Below are positions 42,149-50,591 of a DNA stretch of 64,000 nt, in pieces (the stretch's first letter is position 1; every line of letters begins with the position of its first letter). The stretch is from assembly GCA_029863605.1 (NCBI GenBank), contig JAOTVB010000003.1:201658-265657 (forward strand), written 5' to 3'. The notes under the pieces are model-generated. The model ran no database searches. It worked only from the letters and a program-made list of their open reading frames with translations, and had not been told where the DNA came from. Made by a program: the position numbers and the translations under genes. This DNA is from Myxococcales bacterium. GTDB taxonomy: Bacteria; Myxococcota_A; Polyangia; Polyangiales; Houyiibacteriaceae.

Positions 42149-43090
42149 GTGCGATTCTTTGCTTGCGTGTTGCTGGCCGTTGCGGCGGCGGTTGGCTGTG
42201 GTGATGCCGCCCCCCTCGCGAACCAAGATGCTGGACGCGATGCGAGCGTCGATCTGGATGGCGGTGCAGGTGGAGCAGGCGGCGCGGACGCGGACGTTCC
42301 GGACGGCGGCTTCGATGCGGGGCCCCGCTGTGGCACCAGCGCGCTTTGCCTGAGGTGCCCCGATGAAGAGGACCTCTGCGACGATGACAATCCCTGCCCC
42401 GCAGGCGAGGAATGCCACGAGACAGGATGCGACGATCTCAAGCGTTGCTTCGTGCTTCCAGGTGGCGCGTGCCCGGCTAACGGCGATTGCGGCGACCCAG
42501 ACTACGCGTGCAACCTCGAGGTCGGCAGGTGCCTTCGAACGACCCCCGGTTGCGACGATTCCAATGATTGCGTGACGGGTTTCGCCTGCGAGGACGACAC
42601 CTGCACCGACCGACGCGTCCCGTGCATCTCGGTCTCTGATTGCCCACACGGGTTCACCTGTCGCGTCATTGGTGACTATCAACGGTTCTGTCGTCGCGTC
42701 ACGCGTCCCTGTGACGACGACATCGATTGCCAAACCCTCGGAGTCGTATGCGGTGACGTCGAAGGGGATGGACAGATGGAATGCATGGCCCCGTTCGATC
42801 CCGGCGGTCGTGTTTCGTGTGATAACTCACAATGCCCGTCCGGTGTCGCTCCGGTCTGCGAGGTGATCGAGCAGGGTACGCAAGCGGTGTGTGGGCAGTT
42901 CGGGCTTTGCGTCTCAGCGGCCGATTGCGCGGGTGGCTTCGAGTGTAGAGACCTCTGGGGCGACGGTCGAAGCGAATGCGTCTTGCACGGGGACTCCTGC
43001 GCGGATTCCAGCGAGTGCGCGCTGCGCCAAGTCTGCGCTTCACCCCGATCTGGAGGCTCCCCATCTTGTGTAGGTGGCGCGGTGATGTAG
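42149..43090 (+). CDS. secreted cysteine-rich repeat lipoprotein
   Basis: Signal and lipobox LLAVAAAVGCG. About 8 repeats of a C-x4-C-x4/5-C-x3..10-C module follow (e.g. CDDSNDCVTGFACEDDTC, CVSAADCAGGFECRDLWGDGRSEC). Confidence 0.7.
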   Translation: MRFFACVLLAVAAAVGCGDAAPLANQDAGRDASVDLDGGAGGAGGADADVPDGGFDAGPRCGTSALCLRCPDEEDLCDDDNPCPAGEECHETGCDDLKRCFVLPGGACPANGDCGDPDYACNLEVGRCLRTTPGCDDSNDCVTGFACEDDTCTDRRVPCISVSDCPHGFTCRVIGDYQRFCRRVTRPCDDDIDCQTLGVVCGDVEGDGQMECMAPFDPGGRVSCDNSQCPSGVAPVCEVIEQGTQAVCGQFGLCVSAADCAGGFECRDLWGDGRSECVLHGDSCADSSECALRQVCASPRSGGSPSCVGGAVM

Positions 43091-43150
43091 CACTTACACT
43101 ACGGCGCGATTTCCTGTAAGGTAGTCCCCTTCCATGTGGGCGATATCACC

Positions 43151-45571
43151 ATGAATTGGCTTCAAAAAACGGTTGCTCGTGGGTCCTGTGCCGCGGCCCT
43201 GCTCGCCTTGGCGGCCTGCGGTGGCGGAGCTGGCATCGACGACAGCTCGAACGCGGTCATCGACCCGCCACAAGAATGCTCCCCCGCCCGGCCCGACTGT
43301 TCAATTGCCTCCGACTTCCCGGTCCAAGGGGATCTCAACGCCACCAACTCGGCTGGCGTCCGGTACTCGGCAGAGACCGGCGCGCTCGTCATCGACCGCG
43401 TCGGCTCTCTTCCGGACGGCGACAATGACGGCGCTCCCGATGATGCTGACGATTGCCCCGGCATGCCTGGCTGGCGTATGCCGTGTGACGGGGATCCGGC
43501 TAACGACGGGATCTTCCAGACGCTGTTCTTCGATCCATCCGGCACGCAAGAGGCCGTTCGAACGTCGATCATCGCTACGACCGCCGACATCCCTGCCATC
43601 GACATCTACTTCTTGGTCGATGGCACGACCTCCATGGCCGGCGAAATCGGTGTGCTCCAAAGCGAGATCATGACCGTCGTTTCCGACATCGAGGCGTTGT
43701 TCGACGACCACGACCCTCAGCTCGGCCTAGGGCTCTACCGCGACTATCCGGTCGTCCCGCTGGCGATGACATACAGCCAGGCGCCCTACCATCACATCCT
43801 CGACTTGACCGACGACACGCTACTCTTCGAAAAGGCGGTGAGCACCCTCAACACGGTCAGCAACATGACCAACCCAGAGGCTGGGTCGCAGGCGCTGTTC
43901 GCGGTGGCGACCGGACAGGGCTTGGGCGACTTCGTGCCGAACCGAGCTCCGTGTCCTGCCGGACAGGTCGGCTATCCCTGTTTTCGGCCAGACGTCTTGC
44001 GGCTCGTCCTGAACATCACCGACGCCGCGATGTACAATGGGCCCTCGGGTCCCGCGTATCCCGCCTTCGTGCCGCCTCGCCCCGGCGTGTTCAGCCTGCC
44101 CCCCGTCCAGATGTTCCCCGCCCTGTTCGACGCGGATGATGCCCTTTCCGCACTCGATTTGGGCGACCTCTCGGCCCAGTCGCTCACCTTGATGGGCATG
44201 AGCACCCTGCTCAGTAACCAGGTCAACACGGCCATGGCTCCAGCAACCGCCTTGGCACCAGGATGCATAACGGGAGTGCCCCCGGACAATGACATGGACG
44301 ACAAAGACGTCGTCATCACCTTTCGCTTCGACTCGCCAGGCGTGACCCTCGTAGATGTGTTCGCCGACAACACCCACTGGCCGGGCGCCAACGTAGCCTT
44401 GTTCGGCGATGCCATGCTCGACCCAGCCGCGACGCTTGGGTGCGACGGAATGGCGACGGGGAACTGGGGCGCGATCCAGTGGATGCCGACCGCGCGCCAG
44501 CCGTACTACATCGTGGCAGACGGGCAGGTTCCAGCCGGCGAGGATGTCGAGCCCGAGGGCGCGTTTAGCCTTTCGATCGTCCACAATGGCGACCCTCCCG
44601 ATCCGGTGGCTTGGCTCACGGCCACCGCTCCGGTCGATTGGCCTATGGTGGAGATGGCTCTGCTCGCCAACGACATTCGGGTGGCCAGCGTCTTGTCACC
44701 GAAAGACGCCGTGACCATGCCCAGCGACGCGGACGCCGACGCGCGTGCAGTTGCCTCCGCGACAGACGCAGTGACCAAGGTTGGCGGAGAGTGGGTCCGT
44801 GAGATCACGGCACCCGACGGTGAAGGATTGGGCGCGCAGGTGACGAACACGCTTAGCCTCATTCTCGACGAGAGCATCTATGACATCCAGATCGTCGCCG
44901 TCGAAGACGTCGCGACCCCCATGTTCGACGAGACCGATTTCATCATCACGCTCGAGGCCCAAGACTGCGCCGAGGGCGACCCTCTCGAGTGCGGCTCGCC
45001 ATCGATAGACCGGTGTCCGGCGTGCGAGCCAGGGGCGGAGATCGCGTTCGAGCTCGGTCTGTTGAATGATAGCGTTCCGCCGACCTCCACATCGCAAGTC
45101 TTCGACTTCGAGGTCATCATTTGGGTCGACGACACCATCGAATTGGAGCGTATTCCGATCCGCGTGATGGTGCCCGATGCCGCTGCCCACACGTTCGACA
45201 ATACGCCCGGGACCAACTTCTACCGAAACAGCTACGACAGCACGGACCGTTGCCGTACGCCGCCCGAGCGTCCCGATTGGGGCGACCTCACCTGGACGGG
45301 TAATACCCCGGGCGATTCTTTGATCGAGTTCCAGATCCGTTCCACCAGCACTGCAGCCGAGCTCGACACCGCGGTTCCCGTTGTGATCGTCATCCCGACC
45401 GACACGATGGACACGACCCTCGACGTCGGCCAAGAGCTGATCAACAACGGGATCCCCAATGGGCTTCCCTTCCTTCGCGTGACCGCGATGCTTACTCCGA
45501 CGTCGGACCTCGCATTCTCTCCGGAGCTCTTCGGCTGGGAGCTCGAGTTCGTCTGCTTTGCTGCGGAATGA
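43151..45571 (+). CDS. large secreted lipoprotein with TSP3-like acidic motif and vWA domain
   Basis: Signal AAALLALAACGG. DGDNDGAPDDADDCP lies at 43415-43459. The vWA MIDAS-like motif IYFLVDGTTSM has DGTTS at 43619-43633. Confidence 0.7.
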   Translation: MNWLQKTVARGSCAAALLALAACGGGAGIDDSSNAVIDPPQECSPARPDCSIASDFPVQGDLNATNSAGVRYSAETGALVIDRVGSLPDGDNDGAPDDADDCPGMPGWRMPCDGDPANDGIFQTLFFDPSGTQEAVRTSIIATTADIPAIDIYFLVDGTTSMAGEIGVLQSEIMTVVSDIEALFDDHDPQLGLGLYRDYPVVPLAMTYSQAPYHHILDLTDDTLLFEKAVSTLNTVSNMTNPEAGSQALFAVATGQGLGDFVPNRAPCPAGQVGYPCFRPDVLRLVLNITDAAMYNGPSGPAYPAFVPPRPGVFSLPPVQMFPALFDADDALSALDLGDLSAQSLTLMGMSTLLSNQVNTAMAPATALAPGCITGVPPDNDMDDKDVVITFRFDSPGVTLVDVFADNTHWPGANVALFGDAMLDPAATLGCDGMATGNWGAIQWMPTARQPYYIVADGQVPAGEDVEPEGAFSLSIVHNGDPPDPVAWLTATAPVDWPMVEMALLANDIRVASVLSPKDAVTMPSDADADARAVASATDAVTKVGGEWVREITAPDGEGLGAQVTNTLSLILDESIYDIQIVAVEDVATPMFDETDFIITLEAQDCAEGDPLECGSPSIDRCPACEPGAEIAFELGLLNDSVPPTSTSQVFDFEVIIWVDDTIELERIPIRVMVPDAAAHTFDNTPGTNFYRNSYDSTDRCRTPPERPDWGDLTWTGNTPGDSLIEFQIRSTSTAAELDTAVPVVIVIPTDTMDTTLDVGQELINNGIPNGLPFLRVTAMLTPTSDLAFSPELFGWELEFVCFAAE

Positions 45572-45597
45572 TCTGACCCCTGCTAGCATCCGAGCGA

Positions 45598-46536
45598 GTG
45601 GCGGACCCGACCCAAAAGTCGAGCCTTGCTGCGTGGGTTTGGGTGCTGGTCGCCTGCGTGGCGGTGTTCGAGCTCGTGGCCCATTCGGTCATCCGCGCCC
45701 GGGTTCCAAGCGATCGCTCGTGGAGGGATGCAACAACGTTCGTTCGAGAGCGGTTCGAGCCTACCGACCGCGTCGTCGCTGCACCGCACTGGGTCGATCC
45801 GATCGTCCGCAGTTACCTGGGCGACCTCTTTTCCTTGAGCTCCGCATCCGTCGGTGACTTGGCTGGGGTTGATCGTGTGTGGGAGGTCGCGATCCGCGGT
45901 GTCACGAGTCGAAGTGAGCCTCCCGCGCTCGAGGAACCTTTTGGCCGGGTGCGAGTTCGCATGTGGTCGGTGGTCACGGACGAAGTGCTCTTCGATTTCG
46001 TCGAGGAGATCGATCGCGCCGAAGTCGATCTCCTGACAGAGGGGAGTGCACAGCGCTGCCCGTGGATGCACGCGAAAGTCCAGGGTGGCGGCCTCGGCCA
46101 CGGCCCGCTACCCCCTCCTGACCGTTTCGTCTGCGACCCTGCCCGGCCTTGGCTTTGGGTCGGCGGCACCGTGATGGCCGATCTCGATCTCGAGCCGCGT
46201 CGCTGCGTGTGGCAACATCCCGCCGGACCCGAGCCTGTGAGAGCCGCGTTTCGCGATGTTCCCCTTGGCGACAAGCTCGTCGTGCAAGGAGGCCTCGACT
46301 ACAACAACGAACGCACCGCCGGAAACATCGCGGTGCGGCTTCGGGTCTTCATCGACGATCGCTTGGCGGGAGAGATGCGCCATCAAGCCCGAGACGGCTG
46401 GTCACGGCTCGAGATCGACACCTCACGATTGAATGGTACCGCGCATCAGGTACGCATCGAGACCACTGCGGCCAAACCCCACGCACGCACCTTCTGTTGG
46501 TCCGCGTCGACCCGAGGTACGCGAGGTGAGCGATGA
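45598..46536 (+). CDS. hypothetical membrane-anchored protein
   Basis: 312-aa ORF with an N-terminal TM (LAAWVWVLVACVAVFELVAHSVI). Its stop overlaps the start of the downstream GT39 gene (ATGA). Confidence 0.55.
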   Translation: MADPTQKSSLAAWVWVLVACVAVFELVAHSVIRARVPSDRSWRDATTFVRERFEPTDRVVAAPHWVDPIVRSYLGDLFSLSSASVGDLAGVDRVWEVAIRGVTSRSEPPALEEPFGRVRVRMWSVVTDEVLFDFVEEIDRAEVDLLTEGSAQRCPWMHAKVQGGGLGHGPLPPPDRFVCDPARPWLWVGGTVMADLDLEPRRCVWQHPAGPEPVRAAFRDVPLGDKLVVQGGLDYNNERTAGNIAVRLRVFIDDRLAGEMRHQARDGWSRLEIDTSRLNGTAHQVRIETTAAKPHARTFCWSASTRGTRGER

Positions 46537-48152
46537 CGGTTCGCAAGCTCACTTGGTCCGAGCAGTTGGTAGGAGCCGCATTGTGCGTCGGATACGTGAT
46601 GGCGCTAGTTTGGACGGCCCCCGACCTAGCGATGTCGCGCGACGAAAGCTTTTATGCGCATGCCGCCAAAGACTACGGTGGCTGGGTTGCGGAGCTAACG
46701 ACGAGCCCCAGCTCCGCGCTCGGCCGCGAGCACATCGATCGAGCGTGGGACTACAACTGGGAGCACCCGCCGTGGATGAAGCTCACTTTCGCGTGGAGCT
46801 GGCTCCTTCACCAGAAGCTCGGGCTCTTTTCGTCGGAATCGCTCGCGTTTCGATTCCCAGGAATGCTCACCGCAGGGCTCCTCTTGTGGCTCATCTATTC
46901 CTGGGGCGCCGTCACCATGGGACGAAGAGGCGCGCTTTTTGCGGCCCTTGCTTTTGCCATGCTGCCCCGGGTTTTTTATCATAGTCATCTCGCAGCGTTT
47001 GACGTCCCGATCGCGTTCTTCATCACGTTCACGGCATACGCGTATTGGCGCACGCTTTCCGACGGCAGATGGGCGTTGTTGACCGGGTTCGCTTTCGGCC
47101 TTGCTCTCGCGACCAAGCACAACAGTTGGATCCTTCCGGGCATTTTTCTGATTCACTACCTCTGGGTGCGGCGGCAATACGCCCTGGCCGACCGTCTCGA
47201 TCGTCCGACGATTTCGTGGTTGCCATCGATGCTCGTCATCGGGCCGGTCATGCTGGTCGCGACCTGGCCGTGGGTCTGGCACCACACGTGGAGCCGACTC
47301 CTGGCATACGCGCAGTTTCACCTCCGTCACGTGCACTACACGTACGAGTATCTCGGGGTGAGCTACTTCGAACCGCCGTTCCCTATTTCGGTGCCGTTCG
47401 TGATGACACTGTTCACCGTGCCGCTCACCATCCTGGTGATGGCACTCATCGGTCTCGTCCATCGCCGCGCAGCATTGGTCCCACCCTGGAAAACACGACG
47501 CGGCGATGCAACCGACACCAACGCGGACGTGCTCTGGCTGGGCTGCCTCGCCGCGCCGCTGCTCGCGATCGCGCTTCCTTGGTCGCCAATCTTCGGAGGA
47601 ACCAAACACTGGATCACCGCCTATCCGTTCCTCGCCTTGTTCGCCGGTTGGGGCTTCGTTGCCGTCATCGACCTCGCCACCGGTGCGCTCTTGGCCGAGC
47701 GGCGCGGAGCTGCTTGGGCGCTCACAGCCTTGTGCTTGGCACCGGGGCTCGTGGAAACCGTGCACAGCCATCCATTCGGCTTGTCACATTACACGCCCCT
47801 CGCAGGCGGCGTCCCGGGCGCCGCAGACCTAGGGATGAACCGTCAGTTTTGGGGTTTCACGACGGGGAGCCTCGCAGACTGGCTCACGAAAACCCTTCCC
47901 GATGGGGGCACGGTGTGGACGTGCGACACGACCTGGGGGGCCTGGCGGATGATGCAAGCCGATCGGCGCCTTCCAAGCAACATCCGTCCTGTGCGTTCGA
48001 TGGTGGATGCCGACCTCGTGCTCGTGCACCACGAGCCCCATTTCAACGAAGTCGATTTTCAAGCATGGATGGCGTTCGACGACGTAAAGCCTGTGCACGT
48101 GCTCACCTACGACGGCGTGCCCATCATGTCGGTGTACCAAAACAGTCGCTAG
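46533..48152 (+). CDS. GT39/GT83-type polyprenyl-phosphate-sugar-dependent glycosyltransferase (ArnT/PMT-like)
   Basis: Polytopic 539-aa protein with the first-loop acidic motif MSRDESFYAHAAKDY (DE at 46641-46646) and EHPPWMKL, as in the ArnT/PMT families. Confidence 0.8.
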   Translation: MTVRKLTWSEQLVGAALCVGYVMALVWTAPDLAMSRDESFYAHAAKDYGGWVAELTTSPSSALGREHIDRAWDYNWEHPPWMKLTFAWSWLLHQKLGLFSSESLAFRFPGMLTAGLLLWLIYSWGAVTMGRRGALFAALAFAMLPRVFYHSHLAAFDVPIAFFITFTAYAYWRTLSDGRWALLTGFAFGLALATKHNSWILPGIFLIHYLWVRRQYALADRLDRPTISWLPSMLVIGPVMLVATWPWVWHHTWSRLLAYAQFHLRHVHYTYEYLGVSYFEPPFPISVPFVMTLFTVPLTILVMALIGLVHRRAALVPPWKTRRGDATDTNADVLWLGCLAAPLLAIALPWSPIFGGTKHWITAYPFLALFAGWGFVAVIDLATGALLAERRGAAWALTALCLAPGLVETVHSHPFGLSHYTPLAGGVPGAADLGMNRQFWGFTTGSLADWLTKTLPDGGTVWTCDTTWGAWRMMQADRRLPSNIRPVRSMVDADLVLVHHEPHFNEVDFQAWMAFDDVKPVHVLTYDGVPIMSVYQNSR

Positions 48153-48162
48153 GGGTGACTGT

Positions 48163-48942
48163 CTAGAGCGAGCCTTGTCCGGCTTTGCTGGCCGCCCCAC
48201 GGGCGCGGGCCATCAGCGCGAACAGGCTTTCGACGATGCCGATCACCACGTAAGCCGACAGCAGCCAGACCAGAGCCATCGATGGGTGGTAACGCAATGC
48301 GATCCATACGGTTACGGCGAGCGCCATCGAAATGAAGAGCACCGTTCGCCACGAGAGCCGCAAGTCCTTGAAGGAACGAAACGGCATCGAGCTCAGCATG
48401 AACACCGACAGAGTCACCACCAACACCGAAATGATGATCGGCGAGAATGGGAGCTTCCCGGTCAGGGTGTTGGCGACGACGATCGAGATCAGAATGGCGG
48501 CCGCCGCGGGAATGGGTAAGCCCTGGGTGTACTTCCCCGGTGTGTGTGGCTGTCCGTCGTCCCCGGTCGAGGTCACGTTGAAGCGAGCGAGTCGAATCGC
48601 ACCGCTCCCGACGAACACGAAGCCCACGAGCATACCGGCGGTTCCCATCTCCCGAAGCGACCAGTGGTAAACCAGGATCGCCGGCGCAACGCCGAAAGAG
48701 ATCACGTCGGCAAGCGAATCCAGCTGCACGCCGATTGCGGTCTGTGTGCGTGTCAGCCGTGCGACCCGGCCATCGATCGTGTCGAAGAACAGCGCGAAAA
48801 TGATCAGAAGAGCCGCTCGGTAGAGGTCATCATCGGTCGGTTGATCCGAGCAGATCAGGATCGCGTAATACCCGCAGAGCACGCTTCCGAGCGTGAACAG
48901 GTTGGGGAGGATGAAGAGGCTCTTCTTGAGGTCGACTTTCAC
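48163..48942 (-). CDS. pssA: CDP-diacylglycerol--serine O-phosphatidyltransferase
   Basis: The CDP-alcohol phosphatidyltransferase motif DTIDGRVARLTRTQTAIGVQLDSLADVISFG is present in a polytopic 259-aa protein. Confidence 0.85.
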   Translation of the reverse strand: MKVDLKKSLFILPNLFTLGSVLCGYYAILICSDQPTDDDLYRAALLIIFALFFDTIDGRVARLTRTQTAIGVQLDSLADVISFGVAPAILVYHWSLREMGTAGMLVGFVFVGSGAIRLARFNVTSTGDDGQPHTPGKYTQGLPIPAAAAILISIVVANTLTGKLPFSPIIISVLVVTLSVFMLSSMPFRSFKDLRLSWRTVLFISMALAVTVWIALRYHPSMALVWLLSAYVVIGIVESLFALMARARGAASKAGQGSL

Positions 48943-49021
48943 GGGAGCTTCAATCTTTTCCGCTAATTCCGAACCCCTAGGCTACGAGATGCAGATTTTT
49001 CTGTCCACTGCGACGGTCGCG

Positions 49022-49831
49022 TCATCGTTGCGCCGCTCTTGCTGCATGGAACGCGCCGAGCGCTAGATTCCGCAGCCGAAGCTCGCCCTCCTGCGAGTAC
49101 AGTGCTTCCAACAGCTTGGCCGCCCTTTCGGGTCGCTGCTCGAGCAGATCGAAGAGCGCCAAAGCCTCTTGCGCGTTTGCGCCTCCCGCATCCCGATATG
49201 CAACCAAAGCGTCTCTACGCTCCTTCAATGGCACTCCCCATCCCTGGAGCGCAAGCCAGCCCCAGTACGCCTGGAGCTCAATCTCGGAGAAACCATCGGT
49301 TGCCCGCACGCGGTGGATCAGGTTCCATCGCGCTTTGTACAACGCCCGCACCGTCATTTCGGGCGCAATCAAGACCTCCTGATAGATCGCGCCGTATCTT
49401 TCGAGAATCTCGCGAAACCCGCCGACTGCGCCGATGTCGTCTTCGGCGTCGAGCGTACCCCTGCCGTCGCCAAAGAGACGCATGAAATCACGGACTGCAC
49501 GTGCGCGCATCGCGCCGAAGGCTTTGGGGCCTTGCTTGTCCGCGAGTGCCTTGACCGCGCGATAGATGTTTGCCTGCCGGGTGTCGTAATCGACCTTCGC
49601 GTAGGGTGGGTTGACCTCCGCAAACCCGTGGCCGATGAAGAGCGCGCGCAGACGGTCGACCTCCTCGCCGTCCGAGAGAGCCTCAGCGAGGGCCTCGTTT
49701 CGCCGAACCTCCTCGGCCACGGCCCTTCGGCTCAGGACCAAGCTCGGCATCTCCCACGGATCGACCGGTTGGGGGATGGCCAACATGGCGCCGGTCAGGC
49801 TTGCAGCGACCGCCCACAACACCAACTTCAT
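49022..49831 (-). CDS. hypothetical secreted protein
   Basis: The ORF has a signal-like N-terminus MKLVLWAVAASLTGAMLA and a helical body. No family recognised. Confidence 0.5.
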   Translation of the reverse strand: MKLVLWAVAASLTGAMLAIPQPVDPWEMPSLVLSRRAVAEEVRRNEALAEALSDGEEVDRLRALFIGHGFAEVNPPYAKVDYDTRQANIYRAVKALADKQGPKAFGAMRARAVRDFMRLFGDGRGTLDAEDDIGAVGGFREILERYGAIYQEVLIAPEMTVRALYKARWNLIHRVRATDGFSEIELQAYWGWLALQGWGVPLKERRDALVAYRDAGGANAQEALALFDLLEQRPERAAKLLEALYSQEGELRLRNLALGAFHAARAAQR

Positions 49832-49919
49832 CCCCGACTCCGTCACGGCAGAATCCTAGCACGGCTCCCGAACGCCGAGCTGACGCACTTCAAACGCCTG
49901 CTAGGCTTCTCGAGCGCCG

Positions 49920-50591
49920 ATGAAGGTTCGTGTCCATTACTATGCTGCCGCGCGCGAGCTCGCAGGGTGTGAGGCCGCGACCTTCGAATTCCCAGCTTCC
50001 GCGGTCGCGCAGGGGGACTTTCGTCGGGCCGTGGCCGAGCGCCATCCGTCGATCGCGGCTTTCCTCGAGCGTATGCGCCTGGCTGTCAATGGGGATTTCG
50101 TCGACGATTACCAGGAAATCCGTGATGGGGACCGTGTCGACCTGCTGCCCCCCGTCGCCGGTGGCGCTCCCGTCGCCCTCTGCCGGATCAGTGATACCGA
50201 GGTCTCTCTCGACGAGGTACGACGCGCGGTTGCACACGGCGGGGCGGGTGGGATCTGCGTCTTCACCGGCGTGGTGCGCGACAACGCCGAGGGCAAAGAT
50301 GTGGCTCGCCTGGACTACGAGGCGCACGAAAGCCTCGCGCTCAAGGAAATGCAACGGGTCCTCGAAGACGTCGAGGCCGAGCACGCTGGGGTGCGCCTCG
50401 CCGCGGTCCACCGAGTCGGGAGGCTTGCCATCGGAGACATCGCGGTTTGCGTGGCCGCGAGCGCCGCGCATCGCGAGGAGGCCTTCACAGCCTGCCGCAA
50501 AGCAATCGACCGCATCAAAGAGACCGTGCCCCTTTGGAAGAAAGAGTGGGGGCCTTCCGGCGAAGCCCACTGGGTGAACCTCGAGGATTAA
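49920..50591 (+). CDS. fused molybdopterin synthase MoaD-MoaE
   Basis: The N-terminal 82 aa are ThiS/MoaD-like and end in VAGG (GG at 50160-50165). A MoaE-like region follows (GGICVFTGVVRDNAEGKDV..LDYEAH...PLWKKEW). Confidence 0.8.
   Translation: MKVRVHYYAAARELAGCEAATFEFPASAVAQGDFRRAVAERHPSIAAFLERMRLAVNGDFVDDYQEIRDGDRVDLLPPVAGGAPVALCRISDTEVSLDEVRRAVAHGGAGGICVFTGVVRDNAEGKDVARLDYEAHESLALKEMQRVLEDVEAEHAGVRLAAVHRVGRLAIGDIAVCVAASAAHREEAFTACRKAIDRIKETVPLWKKEWGPSGEAHWVNLED

Noticed and set aside
46695-47771. 358-aa antisense ORF and the 373-aa alternative-frame ORF (47045-48166) within the GT39 gene
   Set aside because: The annotated frame yields a coherent polytopic membrane protein with the ArnT/PMT loop motif. 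The alternatives are Arg/Pro-rich.
49847-49919. Possible Moco riboswitch upstream of the fused moaD-moaE gene
   Set aside because: The gap is only 73 nt and is shared with a divergent gene. That is too short for the ~130-nt Moco RNA motif, and I could not find its conserved helices.
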